From contig JALWYO010000033.1 in assembly GCA_026992735.1 (NCBI GenBank), forward strand, positions 2,091-66,090: a stretch of DNA of 64,000 nt. The letters are read 5' to 3'. This stretch comes from Deltaproteobacteria bacterium. GTDB taxonomy: Bacteria; Desulfobacterota; Dissulfuribacteria; Dissulfuribacterales; QOAL01. The notes under the pieces were generated by a model. That model had not been told where the DNA came from, did not search any database, and worked only from the letters and a program-made list of their open reading frames with translations. A program made the position numbers and the translations under genes. Numbering within the stretch: the first letter of the stretch is position 1; each line of letters starts with the position of its first letter. Shown one piece after another: positions 26,469-35,191 of this stretch.

Positions 26469-27457
26469 TGATTTCCATATCTTTGTCAGGTTCGTCAGAC
26501 CTGTTGGAGATCAGAAATCTTCATGTATTTATAAAGAATAAACCCCGCCCCTTACAGCCTGTCAGGGGCGTTTCCTTTTCTATCAGGCCTGCAGAGCGTG
26601 TATGTCTGGTTGGAGAGTCGGGCTGTGGAAAGAGTGTTACGGCCTTTAGTATCCTGAGACTCCATCCCGAAGATAGATTTTTTGTTCCAAAGGGCAGTAT
26701 TATGTTCAAAGGCAGGGACTTGCTAAGGCTTTCTCTTCATGAAATGAGAGAAGTCAGGGGTGGCAGTATAGGCATGGTATTCCAGGAGCCCATGACCGCG
26801 CTCAATCCAGTGCTTACGGTTGGCTTCCAGATTTCCGAGGCAATCCTGTTTCACAAAGGGCGTTCTGAACAGGAGGCCAGAGATGATGTTTTGCAGCTTA
26901 TGTCCATGGTCGGCATTCCCGACCCGGAACTCACCTATTATCAATATCCTCACCAGCTTTCTGGCGGGCTCAGGCAGAGGGCAATGATTGCAATGGCACT
27001 TTCCTGTGGGCCGGACTTGCTCATTGCCGATGAGCCTACAACAGCCCTTGATGTTACCATTCAGGCACAGATACTGGATCTGCTTGACGATCTGGCTTCA
27101 GGGATGGGCCTGGGGGTCCTGCTTATCACCCATAATCTCGGCGTTGTTGCGCGCATCGCCCAGAGGGTTCTGGTAATGTATGCCGGGTATATTGTAGAGG
27201 AGGCGCCAGTGGAGTTTGTATTTCAGAATCCACTGCATCCATATACCAAGGGCTTGCTGAAATCAGTGCCCTACGGCCACACTGCATCCATGAAAAGACT
27301 GTCTTCCATCCCGGGAACTGTTCCTCCTCTAACCATGATTCCCTCAGGCTGCGCCTTTCGTGACAGGTGTCCGGCTGCTGAATCAATATGCAGCAATGAA
27401 CTGCCAGCGCTGCGCGAAGTGGCAGATGGCAGAAAAGTAGCCTGTCATCTTGTCTGA
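26468..27457 (+). CDS. OppD/DppD-type ABC transporter ATP-binding protein (no permease or binding protein adjacent)
   Basis: 329-aa ORF with Walker A GESGCGKS, signature LSGGLRQR, Walker B LLIADEPTTALD and the C-terminal oligopeptide-ABC extension (NPLHPYTKGLL ... CAFRDRCP). Confidence 0.9.
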   Translation: MISISLSGSSDLLEIRNLHVFIKNKPRPLQPVRGVSFSIRPAERVCLVGESGCGKSVTAFSILRLHPEDRFFVPKGSIMFKGRDLLRLSLHEMREVRGGSIGMVFQEPMTALNPVLTVGFQISEAILFHKGRSEQEARDDVLQLMSMVGIPDPELTYYQYPHQLSGGLRQRAMIAMALSCGPDLLIADEPTTALDVTIQAQILDLLDDLASGMGLGVLLITHNLGVVARIAQRVLVMYAGYIVEEAPVEFVFQNPLHPYTKGLLKSVPYGHTASMKRLSSIPGTVPPLTMIPSGCAFRDRCPAAESICSNELPALREVADGRKVACHLV

Positions 27458-27756
27458 CATTGCGCATTTTCCAGCATTATAAATTCTGCAATGCAAACGT
27501 GAATTACGTCACTATTTTACTGGCTTTTTAAAAAGTTGCAAATCTTTTCACGGCGCCAGGCCAGCCGGTTTTCCCGCTCGAAAAAGTGAATAATTATTCA
27601 TTCTGCTTGATTTGAATGGCCGATAGTGATATTTTTCTCAAAATGGCTTGTGGCTAAATGTACATTTCTATTAGTGCTTGCCAAGCCAATAGGGATGTGG
27701 TAGGTTTTGAATCATCATTCATTTTAGCTCTAAATCGCTAAGAGAGGAGGCCTGAC

Positions 27757-28122
27757 ATGATGAGCGGTTTTGAAACCATCGTCATGTATCTTGGAATGTC
27801 ATTGCTGGTTGTGCTGGCAATGCTGGGAGCATCGGCGTTACTTGGTCCTTTTCGGCCGCGGCCACAAAAGGCGACCACTTTTGAATGCGGTGTTCCGCTT
27901 CTGGAACCCGGTCATAAACGCTACTCAGTCAGATACTATCTGGTGGCTGTTCTTTTTCTTGTTTTCGATTTGGAAACAGTTCTTCTTTATCCCCTTGCGG
28001 TCAAATACAAGGCGTTGGCCCAACTTGGCTGGGGAGTATTTTTTGAGGTCTTTATCTTTGTTTTTGTTTTGTTGGTCGGTCTGGTTTATGCCATAAAGAA
28101 AGGCGCTATAGATTGGCGATAG
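27757..28122 (+). CDS. nuoA: NADH-quinone oxidoreductase subunit A
   Basis: 121-aa ORF with three TM helices, a FECG motif and GAGGAGG upstream. Confidence 0.9.
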   Translation: MMSGFETIVMYLGMSLLVVLAMLGASALLGPFRPRPQKATTFECGVPLLEPGHKRYSVRYYLVAVLFLVFDLETVLLYPLAVKYKALAQLGWGVFFEVFIFVFVLLVGLVYAIKKGAIDWR

Positions 28123-28135
28123 TGGGGACTGGAGT

Positions 28136-28651
28136 ATGAATTTTCAGGCAATTCAAGGTGAGGGCTGGCTGCTTACAAAGGCCGAACAGTTGATAAATTG
28201 GGGCAGAAGCAGGTCTCCTTGGCCATTTCCTTATGGTACGGCATGCTGTGGTATTGAGCTTATGTGTGCCCTTGCTTCCGGCTACGATATGGCCCGGTTC
28301 GGTGCAGAGCGCGTGGCATTTACGCCGCGCCAGTGTGATGTGCTGATCGAGGCTGGCACAATAACTAAAAAGATGGTCCCTGTGCTGAAGAGGATCTATG
28401 CGCAGATGGCTGAGCCCAAATGGGTGATAGCTGTAGGTGCCTGTGCCTGTACCGGCGGAGTTTTCAGGACTTATTCAACACAGCAGGGTATAGGTTCTAT
28501 AATCCCTGTGGACATCTACATTCCTGGCTGTCCGCCAAGGCCTGAGGGCATTTTGTATGCACTGCTCAAGCTGATAGACAAGATTGAAGCAGATCATCCT
28601 CTTTATAAAAACCGTCAAAAGGTAATAGAAGCATTGGAGGCTAACAAATGA
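28136..28651 (+). CDS. nuoB: NADH-quinone oxidoreductase subunit B
   Basis: 171-aa ORF. The N2-cluster ligand motifs CCGIE, GACACTGG and IPGCPPRPE are present. Confidence 0.95.
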   Translation: MNFQAIQGEGWLLTKAEQLINWGRSRSPWPFPYGTACCGIELMCALASGYDMARFGAERVAFTPRQCDVLIEAGTITKKMVPVLKRIYAQMAEPKWVIAVGACACTGGVFRTYSTQQGIGSIIPVDIYIPGCPPRPEGILYALLKLIDKIEADHPLYKNRQKVIEALEANK

Positions 28652-29199
28652 GCCTCGAACAACGTATCAAGGATTGTCTCGGTGCGGATGTAGTGGAGAT
28701 CACGGAATTCAGAGGTGATGTCTGTGTGGAGATCCCTAAGTCGCGGGTTATTGAGGCCATGACCCTTCTTAAAGAGAAGGCAGGCTTTGATTTCCTCAGT
28801 GATGTGATTGGTGTGGATAACATGGATCTCTATGCCAAGGCCAAAAAGGCGAAGAAAAAGAAGAAGGATGAAGAGGAAGAGGAGCCCAAGAAGGAAGGCC
28901 CCCCGCCTCCCAGATTTGATGTTATCTATCTTCTTCTGTCTTTGTCTCGTGATGAGAGAGTGCAGGTTAAGGTCCGTGTGCCAGAGGACGATATGGATGT
29001 TCCAAGTGTCACGGGTCTGTGGAAGGCTGCAACCTGGCCAGAAAGAGAGGCCTTTGACATGTATGGCTTCAATTTCACCGGGCATCCGAATCTCCGGCGT
29101 TTGTTGATGTGGGATGAATTTGAAGATCATCCGCTGCGCAAGGATTACCCTCTCGAGGGTAAGGGTGAAGAGAGGCATCTTAACTACGATACTGTTTGA
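28648..29199 (+). CDS. nuoC: NADH-quinone oxidoreductase subunit C, with a Lys/Glu/Pro-rich insertion
   Basis: 183-aa ORF with WPEREAFDMYGFNFTGHPNLRRLL. The start overlaps the nuoB stop (ATGA). It carries the insertion AKAKKAKKKKKDEEEEEPKKEGPPPP. Confidence 0.9.
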   Translation: MSLEQRIKDCLGADVVEITEFRGDVCVEIPKSRVIEAMTLLKEKAGFDFLSDVIGVDNMDLYAKAKKAKKKKKDEEEEEPKKEGPPPPRFDVIYLLLSLSRDERVQVKVRVPEDDMDVPSVTGLWKAATWPEREAFDMYGFNFTGHPNLRRLLMWDEFEDHPLRKDYPLEGKGEERHLNYDTV

Positions 29200-29287
29200 A
29201 AGACTCGATCAGGCCTTGGGAAAAGACTGCTTGTGCAGACTTTTTTGCCCGATGCAAGTGGTTCTGCGAGTTTAGGGGAGGATAAGA

Positions 29288-30433
29288 GTGGCTACTGAAA
29301 CCGTATGCATTACGACCGGCCCTGCCGACGTTGGGGATTATGTTTCTCTCAATATCGGGCCTATACATCCAGCTATGCACGGCACTCTGAGGGTTATTAC
29401 CAGGACCGATGGTGAGACTATTCTAAGTGCCGAGCCGGAGATAGGTTACCTTCATCGTGGTGTAGAAAAGTTAGGCGAGAATTTCACTTACAAGCAATTT
29501 CTGCCACTGACCGACAGACTCAATTATTGTTCTGCCATTTGTAATAATGTGGCCTATGAGCTTGCCGTGGAAAAACTTCTTGGCATAGAGGTTCCACCAA
29601 AGGCACAGCTTGTCCGCACAATTATGATGGAGCTGGCCCGTATCGCTGACCATGAGGTATTGGTGGGCATACTTGGCGTTGATCTTGGGGCACTGACTCC
29701 GTTCTTTTACCTTATCATCCAGCGTGAAGAGATATATGAGATTTTCGAGTGGCATCATGGCGCACGTCTGACCAACTCTATGGGTGCAATAGGCGGTGTA
29801 GAGGCACCTTTGCCTGACAGATTCCATCAGAAGTGGCCCAAAATGAGGGATTCCATCAGGCGGGCAAATGACGAAACAGACAAGCTGCTGACTCATAACC
29901 GTATCTGGATGGACAGGACCATAGGTGTCAATGCTTTTTGCGAAGAGGATGCCCTTAACTGGGGATTTACTGGTCCGATGCTTAGGGCTTGCGGCACCAG
30001 GAGAGATATAAGAAAAGACGAGCCCTACCTGATGTACAACGAGTTTGATTTTGAGGTGCCAACGGGCAAACATGGTGATGTCTTTGATAGGTACATGATT
30101 CGTATGCTCGAGATGGAAGAATCTATCAAGATCATAGATCAGGCCTATGCCATGTACCAGGAAATGCCTGATGATGCGCCTCTCATGAAGAAGGTGCCGA
30201 AGATCATCAAGCCTCCGGCAGGTCAAGCCTACCATGCCATAGAATCTCCAAATGGAGAGCTTGGATTTTTTATCAAGAGCGATGGATCAGATAAACCATA
30301 CAGGATAAAGATTCGTCCACCGTGCTATATGATCTATCAGGCATTCGAGGAATTGGTAAAGGGCGAGATGATTTCAGATCTCATAGCCTGTCTCAGCAGC
30401 ATAAATGTGATTGCTGGTGAGCTTGACAGGTAG
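29288..30433 (+). CDS. nuoD: NADH-quinone oxidoreductase subunit D
   Basis: 381-aa ORF with a GTG start and GGGGAGGA upstream. It contains IGPIHPAMHGTLRV and other conserved 49-kDa subunit blocks. Confidence 0.95.
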   Translation: MATETVCITTGPADVGDYVSLNIGPIHPAMHGTLRVITRTDGETILSAEPEIGYLHRGVEKLGENFTYKQFLPLTDRLNYCSAICNNVAYELAVEKLLGIEVPPKAQLVRTIMMELARIADHEVLVGILGVDLGALTPFFYLIIQREEIYEIFEWHHGARLTNSMGAIGGVEAPLPDRFHQKWPKMRDSIRRANDETDKLLTHNRIWMDRTIGVNAFCEEDALNWGFTGPMLRACGTRRDIRKDEPYLMYNEFDFEVPTGKHGDVFDRYMIRMLEMEESIKIIDQAYAMYQEMPDDAPLMKKVPKIIKPPAGQAYHAIESPNGELGFFIKSDGSDKPYRIKIRPPCYMIYQAFEELVKGEMISDLIACLSSINVIAGELDR

Positions 30434-30447
30434 GAGGGACCATATCT

Positions 30448-31488
30448 ATGGCAGACTGGCAGATTGATTTAATAAAAGTCGTTTTCATCTGGGTTTGGGC
30501 ACTTCTTATTGCTGTTGTCATGACCTGGGTTGAACGAAGGGCTTCGGCCATGATGCAGGACAGGCTCGGCCCTAACAGGGCTGGCCCATTCGGATTGCTC
30601 CAGCCTCTTGCTGACGGCATAAAGCTTTTTACCAAGGAAGATATCATGCCGGAAAAGGCCAGGAAGATATTATTCCTGCTCGGCCCGCCTCTTTTTGCAC
30701 TGCCTGCCTTTTCGGCATACGCAGTGGTTCCCTTTGGCGACAAGATTGTACTGGGAGGCAAGGAGATTATTCTCCAGGTGTCTGACGTGAACATCGGTTT
30801 CCTTTATGTCCTGGCCCTGGGTGCAATAGGCGTCTATGGTATGGTTATCGGTGGTTGGGCATCTAACAGCAAGTATTCAATCCTGGGTGGCTTGAGGGCT
30901 ACTGCCCAGCTGATATCTTACGAAGTACCCATGGGCCTTGCTCTTCTGACCATCGTGCTTCTCTATGGGACGTTCAGCCTGCGGGAGATGGTCCTTCTGC
31001 AACAGGGCACCTTCCTGGGGTTTCTACCTAACTGGGGCATATTCAAGCAGCCTCTCGGCTTTATAATATTTCTTGTTGCTGCTTATGCCGAGGCCAACCG
31101 TGTACCTTTTGACCTTCCAGAGTGTGAGAGCGAGTTAGTCACAGGCTATCATACAGAGTACGGCTCGATGAATCTGGGTCTGTATCTCTTTGGAGAATAC
31201 GTGAACCTGGGGACCTTGGCCGCCATTACCGTGAGCCTGTTTTTCGGTGGCTGGACATTGCCTTACGTGGATATGAGCAAGTTTCTAGGGCCGGTTGCAT
31301 ACGGCGTTGCCTCCTTCATGGTATTTTTCATCAAGCAGGCATTTTTCCTGTTTCTCTTCGTGTGGGTCCGGTGGACAGTGCCACGGTTCAGATATGATCA
31401 GCTTATGGGACTTGGCTGGAAGGCCCTGATTCCGCTTGGCCTGGTTAATCTTTTTGTAACAGCACTGTTAGTACAGTTAACAATTTAG
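30448..31488 (+). CDS. nuoH: NADH-quinone oxidoreductase subunit H
   Basis: 346-aa ORF with ERRASAMMQDRLGPNRAGPFGLLQPLADGIKL and a polytopic membrane profile. Confidence 0.95.
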   Translation: MADWQIDLIKVVFIWVWALLIAVVMTWVERRASAMMQDRLGPNRAGPFGLLQPLADGIKLFTKEDIMPEKARKILFLLGPPLFALPAFSAYAVVPFGDKIVLGGKEIILQVSDVNIGFLYVLALGAIGVYGMVIGGWASNSKYSILGGLRATAQLISYEVPMGLALLTIVLLYGTFSLREMVLLQQGTFLGFLPNWGIFKQPLGFIIFLVAAYAEANRVPFDLPECESELVTGYHTEYGSMNLGLYLFGEYVNLGTLAAITVSLFFGGWTLPYVDMSKFLGPVAYGVASFMVFFIKQAFFLFLFVWVRWTVPRFRYDQLMGLGWKALIPLGLVNLFVTALLVQLTI

Positions 31489-31503
31489 TCGGAGCGGAAG
31501 AAC

Positions 31504-32187
31504 ATGCCCAGACGACCAGTAGTAAAAAAGGAATACACCTTGGGAGAGCGGGTCTATTTGGTTGAAATAGCCAAAGGACTTGGCCTCACATGGAAACATT
31601 TTGTCTTTAATATCAAGGCTTCATTCAGAAAGGGGCCGCATACGGTTCCCACCTGTTGGCAGTATCCCGAGGACAGGAGGGAAATAGCGCCTATATTCCG
31701 TGGAGCGCATATGCTCATGTTGAACAACAAGGCACAGGAGCTATGTGTTGGTTGCGGAATGTGTGCCAAGGCTTGCCCGGCCAAGTGTATAACCGTAAAG
31801 CGCGGCAAGAGGGCTGAAGGAGAGGAAGCTAAGTATGCTGGAAAGACATACTCGGCATCTTTTCAGATAGACATGCTTCGTTGCATATTCTGTGGGAACT
31901 GTGAAAGTGCCTGCCCTAAAAACGCATTGGTGCTTGGCCCGGGTTATGAGTTGGCAGAATATGATATGGAGTCATGTATTTATGACAAGAAGAAGCTCCT
32001 TGCCAATTATCATCAGGCCAAGGCTGAAGGCAAGCTGAAGCCGCCTAAGAAGCCGGTGCCGGTAGATGCACCTCCTGCACCTAAGAAACCGGCTGCCAAG
32101 AAAGCAACTGCTGCTGCAAAAACAGCACCTAAAAAGGCAGCGGGAGAAGCCAAGACAGAAAAGGCAGAGGAAAAGTCGGCCAAATAG
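31504..32187 (+). CDS. nuoI: NADH-quinone oxidoreductase subunit I, with an Ala/Lys/Pro-rich C-terminal tail
   Basis: 227-aa ORF with two ferredoxin motifs (CVGCGMCAKACP; CIFCGNCESACP). It has a basic tail of about 55 aa. Confidence 0.9.
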   Translation: MPRRPVVKKEYTLGERVYLVEIAKGLGLTWKHFVFNIKASFRKGPHTVPTCWQYPEDRREIAPIFRGAHMLMLNNKAQELCVGCGMCAKACPAKCITVKRGKRAEGEEAKYAGKTYSASFQIDMLRCIFCGNCESACPKNALVLGPGYELAEYDMESCIYDKKKLLANYHQAKAEGKLKPPKKPVPVDAPPAPKKPAAKKATAAAKTAPKKAAGEAKTEKAEEKSAK

Positions 32188-32253
32188 GCCAATGAAGGAG
32201 AGGATCCTTGTACAGGGAAGCCTTAATAATTCTGGAGAAGAGCAGGTGATATA

Positions 32254-32751
32254 ATGGACCTATATTTCATTGTATTTGCAATCATGGCCGTGGGTGCGGG
32301 ACTTTTTACCATCACGGCAAAGGACGCCCTACCAAGTGCCTTGGGGCTCTTGACTGTGTTTATTGCGCTGTCTGCCCTGTATCTGCATCTTCATGCACCG
32401 CTGATAGCAATTTTTCAGGTGTCTATCTATGCAGGTGCCATCCTGGTACTGGTTGTATTTGTTATCATGTTGCTTATTACTCCAGATGAAGATCTGGAAA
32501 ATGTGCAGAAGAACATGTCGTATCGCATCCTGGGTGCCTTTCTCGGTTCCTATCTGATAGCGGTACTGGCGATTGGCACAAAGGGAGTAAAAGACCTGCT
32601 CCATCAGCAGACGTTGCCAGACGGATTTGGGCATCCTGCACTAATAGGCGACATGTTTTTCAAGCAGTATCTGTTGCATTTTGAAGTGGCCTCGGTACTT
32701 CTCCTGGTAGCTTTGGTTGCGGCGATCTATCTGGCAAAGAAGAATATTTGA
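32254..32751 (+). CDS. nuoJ: NADH-quinone oxidoreductase subunit J
   Basis: 165-aa membrane protein in the conserved position between nuoI and nuoK. Confidence 0.85.
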   Translation: MDLYFIVFAIMAVGAGLFTITAKDALPSALGLLTVFIALSALYLHLHAPLIAIFQVSIYAGAILVLVVFVIMLLITPDEDLENVQKNMSYRILGAFLGSYLIAVLAIGTKGVKDLLHQQTLPDGFGHPALIGDMFFKQYLLHFEVASVLLLVALVAAIYLAKKNI

Positions 32752-32762
32752 GGGGAATAACA

Positions 32763-33065
32763 ATGGCAGGTATTAACGAATATGTAATTTTATCCTGCGT
32801 CCTCTTCGGGCTTGGGACAATCGGATTTCTTACGAGACGCAATGCATTGATCCTGTTCATGTCTGTGGAATTGATGCTGAACTCGATAAATCTGATGCTG
32901 GTGGCATTTTCTGCGGCCAGGGCTGACATGGGTGGGCAAGTTATGGTGCTATTTATATTTGCAGTGGCTGCAGCAGAGGTGGCTGTGGGGCTTGCCATTC
33001 TTATTTGTCTGTTTAAGCATGTTCATTCTGTGGATATCAACAAGTTCAATGTACTCAAATGGTGA
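32763..33065 (+). CDS. nuoK: NADH-quinone oxidoreductase subunit K
   Basis: The track ORF starts at TTG 32748; I prefer ATG 32763, which has GAGGGG 8 nt upstream. It has three TM helices with conserved Glu residues (SVELMLNS; AAAEVAVGLAI). Confidence 0.9.
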   Translation: MAGINEYVILSCVLFGLGTIGFLTRRNALILFMSVELMLNSINLMLVAFSAARADMGGQVMVLFIFAVAAAEVAVGLAILICLFKHVHSVDINKFNVLKW

Positions 33066-33120
33066 GCGGCTTTTGAGGCTTAGGGACAGGAGATACAAAG
33101 GAGAGTAAAAGGGAATCGTT

Positions 33121-35100
33121 ATGGAGAAATATATCTTTTTAATACCATTGTTCCCCTTGTTAGGATTTCTTATAAACGGCCTTTTTGGGAAAAAATTTGG
33201 CAAGGGGCTTATCTCCTTCATAGCCTGCACGACCATAGGTTTCTCATTTTTGGTAGCTCTATTCATCTGGAAGGATCTTCTGGCCTTAGAGCCTGAGCAC
33301 AGGGTGTTGACCCAGACCCTGTGGGACTGGATGACAGTAGGCAGCTTCCATATAGACTTGGCCTTCATGATAGATCCTCTGTCTATGGTGATGTGCCTTA
33401 TTGTCACCGGCATCAGCTTTCTCATCCATATATACAGTACCGGGTATATGTGGGATGATGAGTCCTACTGGCGCTATATGGCATATCTCAACATGTTCGT
33501 GTTTTTCATGTGCATGCTCATCCTCGGCGCCAACTATGTGGTCATGTTCGTGGGCTGGGAAGGTGTTGGTCTTGCTTCGTATCTGCTCATTGGTTTCTGG
33601 TACCAGGGCTATGACAATGCTATCGCCGGTAAGAAGGCCTTTGTCGTCAACAGGATAGGCGATTTTGGATTTGTCCTCGGCATGTTCCTGATGTTCTGGA
33701 CTTTCGGCTCATTGTCCTATCAGGATGTATTTCCAAAGGCTCTGGAGATGTATGAACATGGCGCATTAGCCATCAACTCTCCATTTATGATAGCTATCTG
33801 TGTGCTGCTGTTCATAGGTGCAACCGGTAAGTCGGCTCAGATTCCACTCTATGTGTGGTTGCCTGATGCAATGGCAGGTCCTACCCCGGTTTCTGCACTG
33901 ATCCATGCCGCTACCATGGTTACTGCAGGTGTTTATATGGTGGCCAGGACAAATGTCCTTTATACATTGGCACCAACCGCCTTGCTGGTTGTTTCATCGG
34001 TTGCTGCCCTAACGGCACTTTTCGCCGCCACCATGGGTATACTGCAGAACGATATCAAGAAGGTGCTGGCATATTCCACTGTCAGCCAGCTTGGCTATAT
34101 GTTTATCGGTGTGGGCGTAACGGCGTACTGGGCCGGTATCTTTCACTTGATGACCCACGCCTTTTTCAAGGCATGTCTCTTTCTCTGTTCAGGTTCTGTG
34201 ATCCATGCCATGAGCGGTGATCAGGACATGAGGCATATGGGTGGATTGGCCAAGAAGATGCCCATTACCTATATAACTATGTTGTTCGCCACCATTGCCA
34301 TATCCGGTCTTCCTCCTTTCGCAGGCTTTTTCAGCAAGGACGAGATTCTGGGCAAGGCATTTGCATTCCCGTATTATCCTATGGCAGGGAAATTCATATG
34401 GCTGCTGGGCACCATTGGTGCAGGCGTTACGGCCTTCTATATGTTCCGTCTTATATTTATGACCTTTCATGGTGAATTCCGCGGCACCGAGGAGCAGGCT
34501 CATCATGTTCATGAATCACCGCTTAACATGACCTTCCCGCTTATGGTGCTGGCAACTTTTTCACTCATTGGCGGTTGGTTTGGCATCCCGGGATTAATCG
34601 GTGAGAAACTCGGCGGGCTTCCAAACCTTCTGGAGCATTTTCTTGAGCCGGTTTTTGAGCATTCAGCTCACATTGTGTCCTCTGTTGCTCCTGTGCCACA
34701 TGTGCCTGAGCCTCTGGAATGGAGTCTCATGAGCCTTTCCGTAATCGTTGCAATCATCGGTATCTGCCTTGCCTACTATATCTATATGGTCAGGGCCAAG
34801 GATCTGCCCGAGAAACTGGCCAAGGAGTATGCATGGCATTACCAGCTCATCTACAACAAGTACTATGTTGATGAGATATACGAACTGATGATTGTTCAGC
34901 CTATATATTATTTCTCAGTCCTGTTGTGGAAGGTGGTTGATGCCTTCATGATTGACGGTATAGGTGTCAATGGCCCGGGATGGCTGGTCAAGCGCCTGTC
35001 TGCCGGAGCAAGGCTGGTACAGAACGGCTATGTTCAGACCTATGGAACCTTTATGGTCATGGGTCTGGTGGCCATAGCCTGCTTCTATCTGTACAGATGA
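33121..35100 (+). CDS. nuoL: NADH-quinone oxidoreductase subunit L
   Basis: 659-aa antiporter-like subunit (WEGVGLASYLLIGFW; PVSALIHAATMVTAGVYM). Confidence 0.95.
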   Translation: MEKYIFLIPLFPLLGFLINGLFGKKFGKGLISFIACTTIGFSFLVALFIWKDLLALEPEHRVLTQTLWDWMTVGSFHIDLAFMIDPLSMVMCLIVTGISFLIHIYSTGYMWDDESYWRYMAYLNMFVFFMCMLILGANYVVMFVGWEGVGLASYLLIGFWYQGYDNAIAGKKAFVVNRIGDFGFVLGMFLMFWTFGSLSYQDVFPKALEMYEHGALAINSPFMIAICVLLFIGATGKSAQIPLYVWLPDAMAGPTPVSALIHAATMVTAGVYMVARTNVLYTLAPTALLVVSSVAALTALFAATMGILQNDIKKVLAYSTVSQLGYMFIGVGVTAYWAGIFHLMTHAFFKACLFLCSGSVIHAMSGDQDMRHMGGLAKKMPITYITMLFATIAISGLPPFAGFFSKDEILGKAFAFPYYPMAGKFIWLLGTIGAGVTAFYMFRLIFMTFHGEFRGTEEQAHHVHESPLNMTFPLMVLATFSLIGGWFGIPGLIGEKLGGLPNLLEHFLEPVFEHSAHIVSSVAPVPHVPEPLEWSLMSLSVIVAIIGICLAYYIYMVRAKDLPEKLAKEYAWHYQLIYNKYYVDEIYELMIVQPIYYFSVLLWKVVDAFMIDGIGVNGPGWLVKRLSAGARLVQNGYVQTYGTFMVMGLVAIACFYLYR

Positions 35101-35191
35101 TGGGCCGTACTGTGCGGACAGAACAGATATATTTGGACGGCATATTCTTCGAGCAAGAGACCTTGAATAGGAAGAGGAGATAGGGGATTCT

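Noticed and set aside
27499-27512. CRP/FNR-type half-sites GTGA-N6-TCAC upstream of nuoA.
   Set aside because: There are only 4+4 matching bases, about 245 nt from nuoA, and no supporting promoter geometry. It is indistinguishable from chance.
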